Below are positions 20,339-30,599 of a stretch of 64,000 bases of DNA, piece by piece (positions within the stretch are counted from its first letter, which is position 1; each line of letters opens with the position of its first letter). The notes below the pieces were generated by a model. That model saw only the letters and a program-made list of their open reading frames with translations. It made no database searches and was not told where the DNA came from. Both the position numbers and the translations under genes were made by a program. Source of the stretch: Salibacteraceae bacterium (lineage in GTDB: Bacteria > Bacteroidota > Bacteroidia > Flavobacteriales_G > Salibacteraceae); contig JBFFMY010000002.1 of the NCBI GenBank assembly GCA_041563475.1, positions 20,794-84,793 on the forward strand. The letters run 5' to 3'.

Positions 20339-20752
20339 ATGAAATTTTTTAAATATATAATGGTCGGAGTTATTTTTGGATTTGGAGCTTTCAAATGCGA
20401 AATGGTTTCTTTTTTCAGAATCTTTGAGATGTTCCACTTTCAAAGTTTCCATATGTATGGAATTATTATTTCAGGAGTTACACTTGGAATAATTATTACA
20501 CAACTGTTCAAAAGAGGGTTTGTGAAAACTACTACTGGAGAAACAAAAGTGTTTAACCCTAAAGCTCATACTTGGCCACGCTACATTATTGGTGGTATTA
20601 TTTTCGGTATGGGCTGGGCCTTAACTGGCGTATGTTCTGGAATGATGTTCGTTTTAATTGGTAGTGGATATACCGTATTTGCCATTTTCATAGCTGCCGC
20701 AATGTTAGGCACATTCGTGTATGGTTTGGTAAGAGAATATATACCGCATTAA
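20339..20752 (+). CDS. YeeE/YedE-related membrane protein (second half-size subunit)
   Basis: Four TM segments with WALTGVCSG. It lies 21 nt downstream of the first half. Confidence 0.7.
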   Translation: MKFFKYIMVGVIFGFGAFKCEMVSFFRIFEMFHFQSFHMYGIIISGVTLGIIITQLFKRGFVKTTTGETKVFNPKAHTWPRYIIGGIIFGMGWALTGVCSGMMFVLIGSGYTVFAIFIAAAMLGTFVYGLVREYIPH

Positions 20753-20879
20753 GTAAGAGTTTTAGTAAATAACCTAAAGGGGTCTTTTTCATTGAAATTG
20801 GCCCTTTTTTTATATTCCAAAATGGCGTAACACATTTTTGAAACAACCGTAATTGTTAGGCTGTTAGTGATATCTACCG

Positions 20880-20887
20880 TACTTTTG
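20880..20887 (+). promoter_or_regulatory. candidate -7 box (TACTTTTG) upstream of dapD
   Basis: Exact TAnnTTTG match 25 nt upstream of the ATG. The -33 element is poor. Confidence 0.35.
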
Positions 20888-20912
20888 CAACCTTAAAGTT
20901 GAGCACAATACT

Positions 20913-21719
20913 ATGAGAGAAATAATTGAGCAAGCCTGGGAAAACCGTGATTTATTAAAAGACGAATCCGTTCAAAACGCCATTAGGAATGTCATTGAAC
21001 AAATTGATTCTGGTAAACTTCGCGTTGCTGAACCTACCGATACAGGATGGAAAGTTAATGAATGGGTTAAAAAAGCAGTAGTTCTATATTTCCCTATTCA
21101 AAAAATGGAAACTATTGAAGTGGGTCCGTTTGAATTTCATGATAAAATGAAATTAAAAACGGGTTACGCTAAAAAAGGTGTACGGGTAGTCCCTCACGCC
21201 ATAGCACGTTACGGCTCATACATTTCAGAAAATGTAATCATGATGCCTTCTTACGTGAATATAGGCGCGTATGTGGATAACGGAACTATGGTTGACACAT
21301 GGGCAACGGTGGGTTCTTGTGCCCAAATTGGAAAGAATGTTCACTTATCAGGAGGTGTTGGTATTGGAGGTGTTTTAGAACCTTTACAAGCAGCTCCTGT
21401 AATTATTGAGGATAATTGTTTTATTGGATCTAGATGTATTGTTGTTGAGGGAGTTCGAGTAGAAACAGAAGCCGTTTTAGGGGCTAACGTGGTTTTAACT
21501 ATGTCAACAAAAATTATTGATGTATCTGGTCCAGAACCAATTGAATACAAAGGTGTAGTACCGGCTAGGTCAGTTGTAATTCCCGGTACAATCGAAAAAG
21601 AATTTCCAGCGGGAAAATACAGTGTTCCAGTAGCTTTAATTATTGGAAAGCGTAAACCAAGTACCGATAAAAAAACCTCCTTAAACGATGCCTTACGTAA
21701 CTTTAGCGTAGCGGTATAA
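20913..21719 (+). CDS. dapD: 2,3,4,5-tetrahydropyridine-2,6-dicarboxylate N-succinyltransferase
   Basis: Hexapeptide-repeat LbH domain (GAYVDNGTMVDTWATVGSCAQIGKNVHLSGGVGIGG) with a typical DapD N-terminus. Confidence 0.88.
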   Translation: MREIIEQAWENRDLLKDESVQNAIRNVIEQIDSGKLRVAEPTDTGWKVNEWVKKAVVLYFPIQKMETIEVGPFEFHDKMKLKTGYAKKGVRVVPHAIARYGSYISENVIMMPSYVNIGAYVDNGTMVDTWATVGSCAQIGKNVHLSGGVGIGGVLEPLQAAPVIIEDNCFIGSRCIVVEGVRVETEAVLGANVVLTMSTKIIDVSGPEPIEYKGVVPARSVVIPGTIEKEFPAGKYSVPVALIIGKRKPSTDKKTSLNDALRNFSVAV

Positions 21720-21725
21720 CCAAAT

Positions 21726-22742
21726 ATGTCAGCCAAATTAAATCACATTTTAGTTATCCAAACTGCATTTATTGGGGATGTAATATTAGCTACTGCCTTA
21801 GTTGAGAAAATTCATGCGAGTTTTCCGAGTGCTAAAATTGATCTGTTAGTTCGAAAAGGAAATGAAGCACTTTTAAAAAAGCACCCTTTTTTGAATGAAA
21901 TTCTAATTTGGGACAAAAAAGGTTCGAAGTATAAAAACCTATTCCAAATTCTTCAACAAATTCGAAAATCCAAATATGATGCGGTTATTAATACCCAACG
22001 GTTTGGATCCACTGGTTTTTTAACCGCCTTATCGGGTGCTAAAATAAAATCTGGGTTTACAAAAAATCCATTTTCATTTGGATTTACCCACTCCTATACA
22101 CATGAAATTGGCAACGGCACCCACGAAGTTGAACGTAACCAACAACTAATAGAGTCATTTACAACTGCTGATTTAGCTAAACCAAAACTCTATCCAAGCG
22201 AAAACGATTTTGCCTTTATAAAGCAGTTTACACATAGTCCATTTATAACCATCTCTCCTACTTCTGTTTGGTTTACAAAACAGTATCCTGCAGAAAAATG
22301 GGCAGAATTTATTGATATGGTGCCTTCGGATCTAACCATTTTTTTATTGGGAGGACCAGATGACTCCATTAAAAATGAAGAACTTATCGCTTTAAGCAAA
22401 AGCAATACTCCTAAAAATTTAGCTGGAAAGCTTTCCTTTCTTCAATCGGCAGCTTTACTTTCAAAATCGAAGTTAAATTATGTAAATGATTCAGGTCCAC
22501 TACATCTATGCTCCGCTATGAATGCACCTGTTGCATCCCTGTTTTGTTCTACTATACCACAATTTGGATTCACTCCGTTATCAGATGAGAATACGGTTAT
22601 TGAAACCCGTAAAAATCTAGAATGTAGACCTTGTGGTATCCATGGAAAAAATGAATGTCCACAAAGACATTTTGATTGCGCTTATACAATAAACAAACAG
22701 CAATTAATGGATCCGTTAATTTCTAGAATATCAGAAAGTTAA
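21726..22742 (+). CDS. glycosyltransferase family 9 (heptosyltransferase-like)
   Basis: ILVIQTAFIGDVILATAL N-terminus and a C-terminal NDSGPLHLCSAMN motif. Confidence 0.82.
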   Translation: MSAKLNHILVIQTAFIGDVILATALVEKIHASFPSAKIDLLVRKGNEALLKKHPFLNEILIWDKKGSKYKNLFQILQQIRKSKYDAVINTQRFGSTGFLTALSGAKIKSGFTKNPFSFGFTHSYTHEIGNGTHEVERNQQLIESFTTADLAKPKLYPSENDFAFIKQFTHSPFITISPTSVWFTKQYPAEKWAEFIDMVPSDLTIFLLGGPDDSIKNEELIALSKSNTPKNLAGKLSFLQSAALLSKSKLNYVNDSGPLHLCSAMNAPVASLFCSTIPQFGFTPLSDENTVIETRKNLECRPCGIHGKNECPQRHFDCAYTINKQQLMDPLISRISES

Positions 22743-22812
22743 TACGTTGAAATTATTATTTTATTTAAAGAAGAAAAGTGGCTATATATGCGATTATTAA
22801 AATATTTCAAAA

Positions 22813-22820
22813 TAATTTTG
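22813..22820 (+). promoter_or_regulatory. candidate -7 box (TAATTTTG) for the 473-aa gene
   Basis: Exact TAnnTTTG match 19 nt upstream of the ATG at 22840. Confidence 0.4.
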
Positions 22821-22839
22821 CCGCGCCAAAAACAAACGA

Positions 22840-24261
22840 ATGGATAATTTTAGAAAACTAACAGTCAACGAAAAAGCACTTGCCGTAAATCTAAACCCAA
22901 ATATTTATGGGTCATTTTCCGAAATTGGCGCCGGGCAAGAGGTTGCCGCTAATTTTTTTCAGGCTGGTGGGGCTTCAGGTACTATTGCACTTACTCAATC
23001 TGCTTACGATAAAAAAATATCAAATGCCATTTATGGAGAAGGAAAACGTTTTGTAAGTAAGGAACGACTTTCTCGTATGATGGAACATGATTATGCAAAC
23101 ATCACTAGTAAGCTGTCTGATAGGCGTGATGAAACCTTGTTCTTCGCATTTGCGGATACCATTGAAACATTGAATTTTCATAAAACAAATCAAGGCCACG
23201 GTTGGATGGGAATTGTGTTTCAACGTAAACCAAATACTATTCCGAATAAAATAGTATTGCATGTGATTTTACATGACAATGACCCGCTATTGCAACAAAA
23301 GGCTATCGGAAGGTTAGGTGTGAATTTAATTCATGGCGTATATCATAACACGCACTCCATTAAAGAGTTTTTGACCTCATTGATGGATGGTTTAAGTAGA
23401 GATCGTGTGGAAATTGACATGTTCAACTTAAACGGACCTGATTTCAAAAACGTAGATAATAGATTAATTAGCTTAAAACTGGTTAAATTAGGACTAACAC
23501 CTGTTGCTATGTTTGGACCGGATGGTAATAACATTCAAGCATCAGAAATCTTGTATAAGAAAAATATACTTGTACTCCGTGGACGATTTCGCCCTCCTAC
23601 TCTTGTAAATGTTGATATGCTTCTTACAGGTTATCGACAATTTGTACAAGAAGAAGATGTCTCGAAAAAAGATCTTATTGTCCTTTCAGAGTTGTCTTTG
23701 AATAATCTTTTAGTAGGAGACGACTCTAAAAATGAACGTGACTTCATGGATAGAGTGGATATTTTAAGTTCTTTAGGGCAAACAGTAATTATTACCAATT
23801 TTCAACATTACTACAAGTTAACCAATTATTTATCAGACATTAACCAAGAAAGAAAAATTGGTGTTTTACTGGGAATAAATAACTTGGAGCAAATTTTTAA
23901 TCCAAATTATTATACCAAATTAAAAGGTGGGATTTTGGAATCTTTTGGACGTTTGTTTGGTCGAAATGTCAAACTTTTGATTTATCCAGCTGCAGATGGA
24001 ACAGATGGAAACTTACATGATTGCCAATCAATGCAGATCGATGATAAATTGCGTCATTTGTATATGTATTTAGTTGAAAATAAGCAGATAGAAGATATGA
24101 AGAATTGCAATAGAGAATTGCTTACTATCTTTTCTGATGATGTGATTGCCATGATTAAAAATCATAAACCAGGATGGGAAAAAATGGTACCCAATAAAGT
24201 GGCCAAAACCATTAAATCTCACGGTATGTTTGGATACCAAGAAGCCATACAGAAAGTATAA
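22840..24261 (+). CDS. conserved-looking cytoplasmic protein of unknown function (473 aa)
   Basis: Long uninterrupted ORF with a normal composition. It has an N-terminal SEIGAGQEVAANFFQAGGASGT segment and no signal peptide or TM. I cannot assign a family. Confidence 0.7.
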   Translation: MDNFRKLTVNEKALAVNLNPNIYGSFSEIGAGQEVAANFFQAGGASGTIALTQSAYDKKISNAIYGEGKRFVSKERLSRMMEHDYANITSKLSDRRDETLFFAFADTIETLNFHKTNQGHGWMGIVFQRKPNTIPNKIVLHVILHDNDPLLQQKAIGRLGVNLIHGVYHNTHSIKEFLTSLMDGLSRDRVEIDMFNLNGPDFKNVDNRLISLKLVKLGLTPVAMFGPDGNNIQASEILYKKNILVLRGRFRPPTLVNVDMLLTGYRQFVQEEDVSKKDLIVLSELSLNNLLVGDDSKNERDFMDRVDILSSLGQTVIITNFQHYYKLTNYLSDINQERKIGVLLGINNLEQIFNPNYYTKLKGGILESFGRLFGRNVKLLIYPAADGTDGNLHDCQSMQIDDKLRHLYMYLVENKQIEDMKNCNRELLTIFSDDVIAMIKNHKPGWEKMVPNKVAKTIKSHGMFGYQEAIQKV

Positions 24262-24270
24262 TAAATGGAA

Positions 24271-24304
24271 ATAGAGCCATCCGTCAAATGACGGATGGCT
24301 CTAT
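24271..24304. terminator. bidirectional intrinsic terminator between convergent genes
   Basis: Perfect 15-bp stem atagagccatccgtc/gacggatggctctat with a 4-nt loop aaat, flanked by A-rich and T-rich sequence. Confidence 0.8.
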
Positions 24305-24328
24305 TTGTTTAAGTTTATATTAAAGCAT

Positions 24329-25864
24329 TTACTTAGAACCCGGATTTAATTTTCTTAAATCAAATATATCCGTTCTTCTATCTCTTAAATTCCGGACACT
24401 ACCAAATTGATTAAGTTCTCGAAGCAAATCAATGTCAACGTCTGCTATCAAAATCATCTCTGTATTGGTCGTGGCTTCCGCTTTAATTCCATTAGCAGGA
24501 AAGGAGAAATCACAAGGCGTAAATACCATGGATTGGGCAAATTGAATGTCCATATTATGCACCTTTGGTAAATTACCTACACTACCTGCAATAGCCACAT
24601 AACATTCGTTTTCTATGGCGCGAGCTTGAGCACAATTTCTTACTCGCGAATACCCATTTTGAGTATCTGTTAAGAAAGGAATAAATAGAATATCCATACC
24701 TTCATCGGCCAATAATCGGCTGAGTTCTGGGAACTCGGAATCATAACAAATTAGGATGCCTATTTTACCACAATCGGTATCAAAGGTTTTTAGCGTGTTC
24801 CCTCCTTGTAAACCCCAAACCTTAGCTTCATCGGGAGTTACATGTAATTTCTCATACCTTTCTAAAGTCCCATCTCTTTTACATAAGTAACCCACATTAT
24901 ACAACAAATCATCCTTAATTTCAGGCATACTTCCCGTAATCACATTGATATTGTAGGAAATTGCCAACTCTGAAAATCTTTGTACAATACTCGCGGTATG
25001 TTTTGCTAATTCTCTAATAGCTTCCGATTCTGACAAATGATTATTATCAGCCATAAGCGGTGCATTAAAAAATTCTGGAAAAAGAGCGAAATCAGATCTA
25101 TAACCAGAAACTGCATCAATAAAGTATTCCGCTTGCTGCATCAGTTCTTCTAAGTTCTTATATAAGCGCATTTGCCATTGAATAAGACCTAGGCGAACAA
25201 TTTTCTTTTTAGTTACAGCCCTTTTATGGCTTTTTTCGTAATAAATATTATCCCATTCGAGCAACACCGCAAACTCACTAGATGCCTTATCCCCTTCTAA
25301 ATATCCCTTAAGAATTTTTGCGGGATGAAAATCATTCGAAATTTGAAAGTTTAATACCGGGTCGTGAATTTCTTTCCTTTTCACCTTTTCAATGTACTCC
25401 TTAGGAGTTACTGAATCAGCATGTTTATGATAATTTGGGATTCGTCCACCAAAGGCTATTCCACGAAGATTTAATTTCTCACAAAGTTCTTTTCGATAAT
25501 CGTAAAGCCTTCTACCTAAACGTAAACCTCTAAACTCAGATTTTATAAAAACATCAATGCCGTAAAGAACATCTCCATCCTTTTTATGGGTATCAAAAGA
25601 ATAATTTCCTGTAATTTCTTTGTAGGTATGATGCTCATCAAACTGATCATAATCCACAATAATGGATAATGCACAACCAGCTAGTTCATTATTTACTTTA
25701 ATAACCACCTGACCTTCAGGGAATTTTTTTATAAGTAAATCAATATGTTTTTCACTCCAATACGAATTTGGCATATTTGAATATGCTTCAATCATCGCAC
25801 TTTTTAACTCTTGATAATCATTAAGGGTTAAGAATTGCAATTCAATATTCTCAATATTCTGCAT
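24329..25864 (-). CDS. bifunctional GNAT N-acetyltransferase / carbon-nitrogen hydrolase (nitrilase superfamily) fusion protein
   Basis: N-terminal GNAT-like segment (FIKSEFRGLRLGRRLY). The C-terminal CN-hydrolase has E-K-C triad contexts LFPEFF, YEKLHVTP and GILICYDSEFPE. Confidence 0.82.
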   Translation of the reverse strand: MQNIENIELQFLTLNDYQELKSAMIEAYSNMPNSYWSEKHIDLLIKKFPEGQVVIKVNNELAGCALSIIVDYDQFDEHHTYKEITGNYSFDTHKKDGDVLYGIDVFIKSEFRGLRLGRRLYDYRKELCEKLNLRGIAFGGRIPNYHKHADSVTPKEYIEKVKRKEIHDPVLNFQISNDFHPAKILKGYLEGDKASSEFAVLLEWDNIYYEKSHKRAVTKKKIVRLGLIQWQMRLYKNLEELMQQAEYFIDAVSGYRSDFALFPEFFNAPLMADNNHLSESEAIRELAKHTASIVQRFSELAISYNINVITGSMPEIKDDLLYNVGYLCKRDGTLERYEKLHVTPDEAKVWGLQGGNTLKTFDTDCGKIGILICYDSEFPELSRLLADEGMDILFIPFLTDTQNGYSRVRNCAQARAIENECYVAIAGSVGNLPKVHNMDIQFAQSMVFTPCDFSFPANGIKAEATTNTEMILIADVDIDLLRELNQFGSVRNLRDRRTDIFDLRKLNPGSK

Positions 25865-26011
25865 TTTTTTATGTGTTAATTATCAGTGATTTAACCTTAA
25901 ATACTGAAATAAGTTTGCAAATATATGCAGGTTTCAATTCGTGTTATCGAAATAAAAAAAAACATTATAAAAAAAATGTAAAAGAAAATAAATTAGGCTA
26001 AAAACAGGTAG

Positions 26012-29000
26012 CTATTTTTTAAACTCCAGAATACCCTTCAGTAGCGTATTCGCAGATTCAATAGATGTAATATGCTCAAAAACAATACTTAGCTTATTAT
26101 TTTTTTGTTTCAATTGCGCCTTTTTAGGATATCGTTGCACAAAATCCAAAACGCGATGAAAATCGGGGCTTTCGTAATATGTGGACTTTTGATTACTTAC
26201 AAAATAACCAATTAGCTTTTTCCCTTTTAACACCAAACGTTCAAAACCAATTTCCATGGCTTTCCATTTGAGTTTCACCGAATCAATAAGCAATTCTGTT
26301 TCTTTAGGTAAAGGACCAAAACGATCTTTCAATTCTTTCCGGAAAATTTCCAAATCTGCTTCCTTTTTCGCCTCCGCTAAAATTTTATACAATTTCAATC
26401 TTTCTGAAACATTTTGAACATAGGCATCTGGAATAAGAATTTCCAAATCACTTTCAAAAGAAGCATCTCGAACATATTCCATTTCCTCATGGGCATACAT
26501 TTCTTTAAACTCTGTTTCTTTTAGCTCTTGGATAGCCTCATCCAAAATTTTCTGGTACATATCAAACCCTATTTCGCTAATAAATCCGGTTTGTTCTCCC
26601 CCTAACAAGTCCCCTGCTCCACGAATATCTAAATCGCGCATGGCAATATTAATCCCACTCCCCAAATCAGAAAATTGGGTAATGGCTTCTAGCCTCTTTC
26701 TTCCTTCACTAGTTAAAGTGGATAATGGCGGTGCAATTAAATAGCAAAAAGCTTTTCTGTTGGAACGCCCCACTCGCCCCCGCATTTGGTGCAAATCGCT
26801 TAAACCAAAATGTTGGGCATTATTAATTAAAATAGTATTTGCGTTAGAAATATCTAATCCGGATTCAATAATTGTGGTGGCTACCAAAACATCATATTCT
26901 CCATTCACAAAGGCCATCATTCTATTCTCTAGCTCCTTACCTTCTAACTGGCCATGACCAGTCACTACGCGCGCGCCTGGAACCAACCTTCGAATCATTA
27001 CGGCAATTTCCTCTAAATTGGCCACTCTATTATTGATAACGAAAACTTGACCGTCACGTGCAATTTCATAACTAATTGCATCTTTAAAAATCTCTTCATT
27101 AAATGTATGTATCTCCGTTTCTACAGGTTGTCTGTTTGGAGGTGGCGTATTAATAATGGATAGATCTCTTGCCCCCATCATAGAAAACTGTAGTGTTCTT
27201 GGAATTGGGGTAGCCGTTAAAGTGAGTGTATCCACATTTTGTTTTAGGGTTTTTAATTTGTCTTTTACACCCACACCGAATTTTTGCTCTTCATCAATGA
27301 TTAAGAGTCCCAAATCTTTGAATTCAACATCTTTACCCACAATTCTATGTGTACCTATAAGGATATCCACCTTGCCTTCTTTTAGGTTTCGCAAAACCTC
27401 TTTTACCTTTTTAGTAGATCTAAACCGATTTACATATTCAACGGTAACCGGAAAATCTTTTAGTCGTTCCGTAAAGCTCTTATGATGCTGCATCGCCAAA
27501 ATAGTAGTGGGAACCAAAATGGCAACTTGCTTTCCATTTACAGCGGCTTTAAAAGCAGCTCTAATAGCTATTTCTGTTTTTCCAAAACCCACGTCACCGC
27601 AAACCAATCTATCCATAGGCGTTTCCGATTCCATATCCGCTTTTACGTCTAACGTTGATCTTTCTTGATCTGGAGTATCCTCATAAATAAAAGAGGCTTC
27701 CAACTCATACTGTAAATATGAATCTGGAGCATATTGAAACCCTTGGACTGCTTTTCGTTTTGCATATAATTTAATTAAATCATACGCAATTTTCTTTATC
27801 TTACTTTTTGTTTTGGATTTGGTAGTTTTCCATGCGGGAGAACCAATTTTGTGCACTTGAGGCTCTCTTCCATCTTTGCCAGAATAGCGCGTAATTCGAT
27901 GTAATGAATGGATGCTTACATATAGAACATCATTGTCCCTATAAATAAGCTTAATGGCTTCTTGTTTTTTTCCGTGATTATCCACCTTAACAAGGCCAGC
28001 AAACTTTCCAATACCATGATCTACATGCGTTACATAATCACCCGTTTCAAGTTTCGCTAAATCTTGAAGCGTTATATCCTGTTGGCTTTTCTTAAAACCT
28101 TCTTTTAAATGAAAGCGATGAAAACGTTCAAATATTTGGTGATCTGTATAGCAAGCGAACTTTAAGTCATTGTCAATAAACCCTTGATGCAAATCCAATA
28201 AAATAGGCGAAAAAGTATGTTGAATTTCAAAATCCTCAAATATGGTATGTAACCTTTCAATTTGCTTTGGGGAGGAAGAGGCTATAATATTTTGAATTTT
28301 GGATTTTGTATTCTCTTCAAAATTCTCACTCAGTAATTCAAAGTTCTTATGAAAAACCGGTTGAGGAATTTGATTTACGCTAAATTTTTCTGCTTCCGGA
28401 AAATAGGTTTTCAAACCCAGTTCAATTACTCGCCTTTTAGCGAGAAGTCCAATTAATTTATTTCCCCAAATAAACAGTTCTTCTGGTGGAAGTTGAATAG
28501 AATCTTTACCTAATTCAGAATGAATTTGCACAGCCAGTTTGAATTCTCTTTCAATTCTATCAATTGTAAATTGAATATCCTTAAACCATATGGTAGTTGC
28601 AGGGGTAAAAAAATCTAAAATATCAATCCGTTTCTCCACGAGAACTTGATCCCGAACATCTGGAACAATACTTATTTTTTTATACTTATGATCTGATAAT
28701 TGGGTAGCTGGGTCGAAGGATCGAATAGATTCTATTTCATCTCCAAAAAATTCTATTCGATACGGAATATCATGATTGAAGGAAAAAATATCCACTATCC
28801 CGCCCCGAACGGCATATTCTCCGGGCTTCGAAACAAAATCCTCTCTTTTAAATCGATACTCCTCCAGTAATTTATTCACAAATGAAAGTCCAATTTCATC
28901 TCCTACTTTGAGATCTAAAATCTTACTCTTTAGTTCTTTCCGAGAAACTACTCTCTCTGAAAGCGCCTCTGGGTAGGTCACTACAACAACTTCCTTTCTA

Positions 29001-29344
29001 TGGGCAACATCATCTAAAGTTTCCGTTCGTTGAAGAATATCCACATCATTTGACCTATCCTCTCTATAAGGCGTTCTGGAAGATGCCGGAAGAAAATGAA
29101 GCTTGTTTTCGGGTAGTAAAGCCACGAGGTCGTTATGCAGATAGGCCGCTTCTTCTCGGTCATCGGCAACAATTATATGGCTACCTCTTAATTTTTGAAT
29201 TACACCTTGAACAAATAGGGTTAAACCTGATCCTACTAAGCCGTTAACTTTAAATCTACCAGATTCAGAATCCCGCAAATACATCATAAGCTCCATGGCG
29301 ACTGGATGCTCGGCAAACGCTTGCTTTAACGATTCTTTTGTCAT
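26012..29344 (-). CDS. mfd: transcription-repair coupling factor
   Basis: 1110 aa with CGDVGFGKTE (Walker A), IIDEEQKFGV, and a CarD-like region GDYVTHVDHGIGKF. Confidence 0.95.
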   Translation of the reverse strand: MTKESLKQAFAEHPVAMELMMYLRDSESGRFKVNGLVGSGLTLFVQGVIQKLRGSHIIVADDREEAAYLHNDLVALLPENKLHFLPASSRTPYREDRSNDVDILQRTETLDDVAHRKEVVVVTYPEALSERVVSRKELKSKILDLKVGDEIGLSFVNKLLEEYRFKREDFVSKPGEYAVRGGIVDIFSFNHDIPYRIEFFGDEIESIRSFDPATQLSDHKYKKISIVPDVRDQVLVEKRIDILDFFTPATTIWFKDIQFTIDRIEREFKLAVQIHSELGKDSIQLPPEELFIWGNKLIGLLAKRRVIELGLKTYFPEAEKFSVNQIPQPVFHKNFELLSENFEENTKSKIQNIIASSSPKQIERLHTIFEDFEIQHTFSPILLDLHQGFIDNDLKFACYTDHQIFERFHRFHLKEGFKKSQQDITLQDLAKLETGDYVTHVDHGIGKFAGLVKVDNHGKKQEAIKLIYRDNDVLYVSIHSLHRITRYSGKDGREPQVHKIGSPAWKTTKSKTKSKIKKIAYDLIKLYAKRKAVQGFQYAPDSYLQYELEASFIYEDTPDQERSTLDVKADMESETPMDRLVCGDVGFGKTEIAIRAAFKAAVNGKQVAILVPTTILAMQHHKSFTERLKDFPVTVEYVNRFRSTKKVKEVLRNLKEGKVDILIGTHRIVGKDVEFKDLGLLIIDEEQKFGVGVKDKLKTLKQNVDTLTLTATPIPRTLQFSMMGARDLSIINTPPPNRQPVETEIHTFNEEIFKDAISYEIARDGQVFVINNRVANLEEIAVMIRRLVPGARVVTGHGQLEGKELENRMMAFVNGEYDVLVATTIIESGLDISNANTILINNAQHFGLSDLHQMRGRVGRSNRKAFCYLIAPPLSTLTSEGRKRLEAITQFSDLGSGINIAMRDLDIRGAGDLLGGEQTGFISEIGFDMYQKILDEAIQELKETEFKEMYAHEEMEYVRDASFESDLEILIPDAYVQNVSERLKLYKILAEAKKEADLEIFRKELKDRFGPLPKETELLIDSVKLKWKAMEIGFERLVLKGKKLIGYFVSNQKSTYYESPDFHRVLDFVQRYPKKAQLKQKNNKLSIVFEHITSIESANTLLKGILEFKK

Positions 29345-29393
29345 TAACTAATTAGGAGTCCTTTCAAAGATAGTATTCGAAATTAATATTTGA

Positions 29394-30398
29394 TTATTGA
29401 TGTTTTTTCAAGAAATCAACTACGGTGTCAACCATATCCTCAGATCCTGTAAAATAAGGTACACGTTGATGCAAACTGGTTGGATTAATTTCCATAATTC
29501 GTCGATTACCATCTGTGGCTTTTCCTCCAGCTTGTTCCGCTATCATTGCAAAAGGGTTACATTCATATAACAGGCGTAATTTCCCATTAGGAGCACTCTC
29601 TGTTCCAGGATACATGAAAATTCCACCCTTCAGCATATTTCTGTGAAAATCGGCTACCAAAGAACCAATGTATCGTGCACTATATGGTCGGTTAAATTCC
29701 TCATTTAATTCCTTACAATGCGCGATGTATTTTTTCATCCCCACCGAGAAATGTGGATAATTACCTTCATTAATAGAATATATTTTTCCTCTTTTAGGAA
29801 TCTTCAAATTTGGATGAGAAAGATAAAAGGTTCCTAGAGAAGGGTCTAAGGTAAACCCGTTTACACCATTTCCAGTGGTATATACCAACATAGTGGAGCT
29901 ACCATAAATAACATATCCAGCAGCAACCTGTAATTCTCCTTTTTGTAAAAAATCTCTTAGTTCAAGTGGAGCTCCAATGGGTGAAACTCGTCTATAAATA
30001 GAAAAAATTGTCCCAATACTTACATTAACATCAATATTTGATGATCCATCCAAGGGGTCAATCATGACAACATAATTTCCATTTTGCGCGATATGACTAT
30101 CAAATTGCACAAAATCTTCTTGTTCTTCCGAGGCAATTCCACAAACCTGACCTTGGGCTTCTAATGCATGCATAAAAGTTTCATCCGCAAAAACATCCAA
30201 TTTTTGTTGCTCTTCACCTTGAATATTTTCTTGTCCGTAAGCTCCCGTTATGTCCGCAATCCCCGCCTTATTAACTTCTCTGTTTACTACCTTAGCTGCC
30301 AATACAATAGCACTTAGCAAACTAGTTAATTCCCCTGTAGCATATGGGAAATCATTCTGTTTTTTAATGATATAATCTTCAAGCGTTACTAAGTTCAT
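29394..30398 (-). CDS. fbp: class I fructose-1,6-bisphosphatase
   Basis: [37 protein letters not shown]-like and GGIFMYP motifs. Confidence 0.95.
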   Translation of the reverse strand: MNLVTLEDYIIKKQNDFPYATGELTSLLSAIVLAAKVVNREVNKAGIADITGAYGQENIQGEEQQKLDVFADETFMHALEAQGQVCGIASEEQEDFVQFDSHIAQNGNYVVMIDPLDGSSNIDVNVSIGTIFSIYRRVSPIGAPLELRDFLQKGELQVAAGYVIYGSSTMLVYTTGNGVNGFTLDPSLGTFYLSHPNLKIPKRGKIYSINEGNYPHFSVGMKKYIAHCKELNEEFNRPYSARYIGSLVADFHRNMLKGGIFMYPGTESAPNGKLRLLYECNPFAMIAEQAGGKATDGNRRIMEINPTSLHQRVPYFTGSEDMVDTVVDFLKKHQ

Positions 30399-30599
30399 AG
30401 AAATAAATTGACATAATTATTATGCCGCAAATATAGGACTTGATTAAACTAAATTTAGCACCTTAATAGCCTAAATGTTAAACAAATTTCGGTTGTTTAA
30501 TTCCGTATTTCAGCAGATTTATAGGCACTATTTCAGTTTGATTTGGTTCTCAAAAATCACTTTTTATAAATTACTTTTGCATCACAAAATTTTAAAATT

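Noticed and set aside
20753-20912. Possible lysine riboswitch or leader upstream of dapD.
   Set aside because: No conserved L-box sequence or extended structure is seen. The region contains only a weak hairpin after the YeeE-like gene and a -7 box.
30399-30599. Expected FMN riboswitch upstream of ribB.
   Set aside because: None of the conserved FMN-element segments (for example the GGGCAGGGTGAAATTCCC...ACCGGCGGT type) are visible. Only a TACTTTTG -7-like box at 30572-30579 is present.
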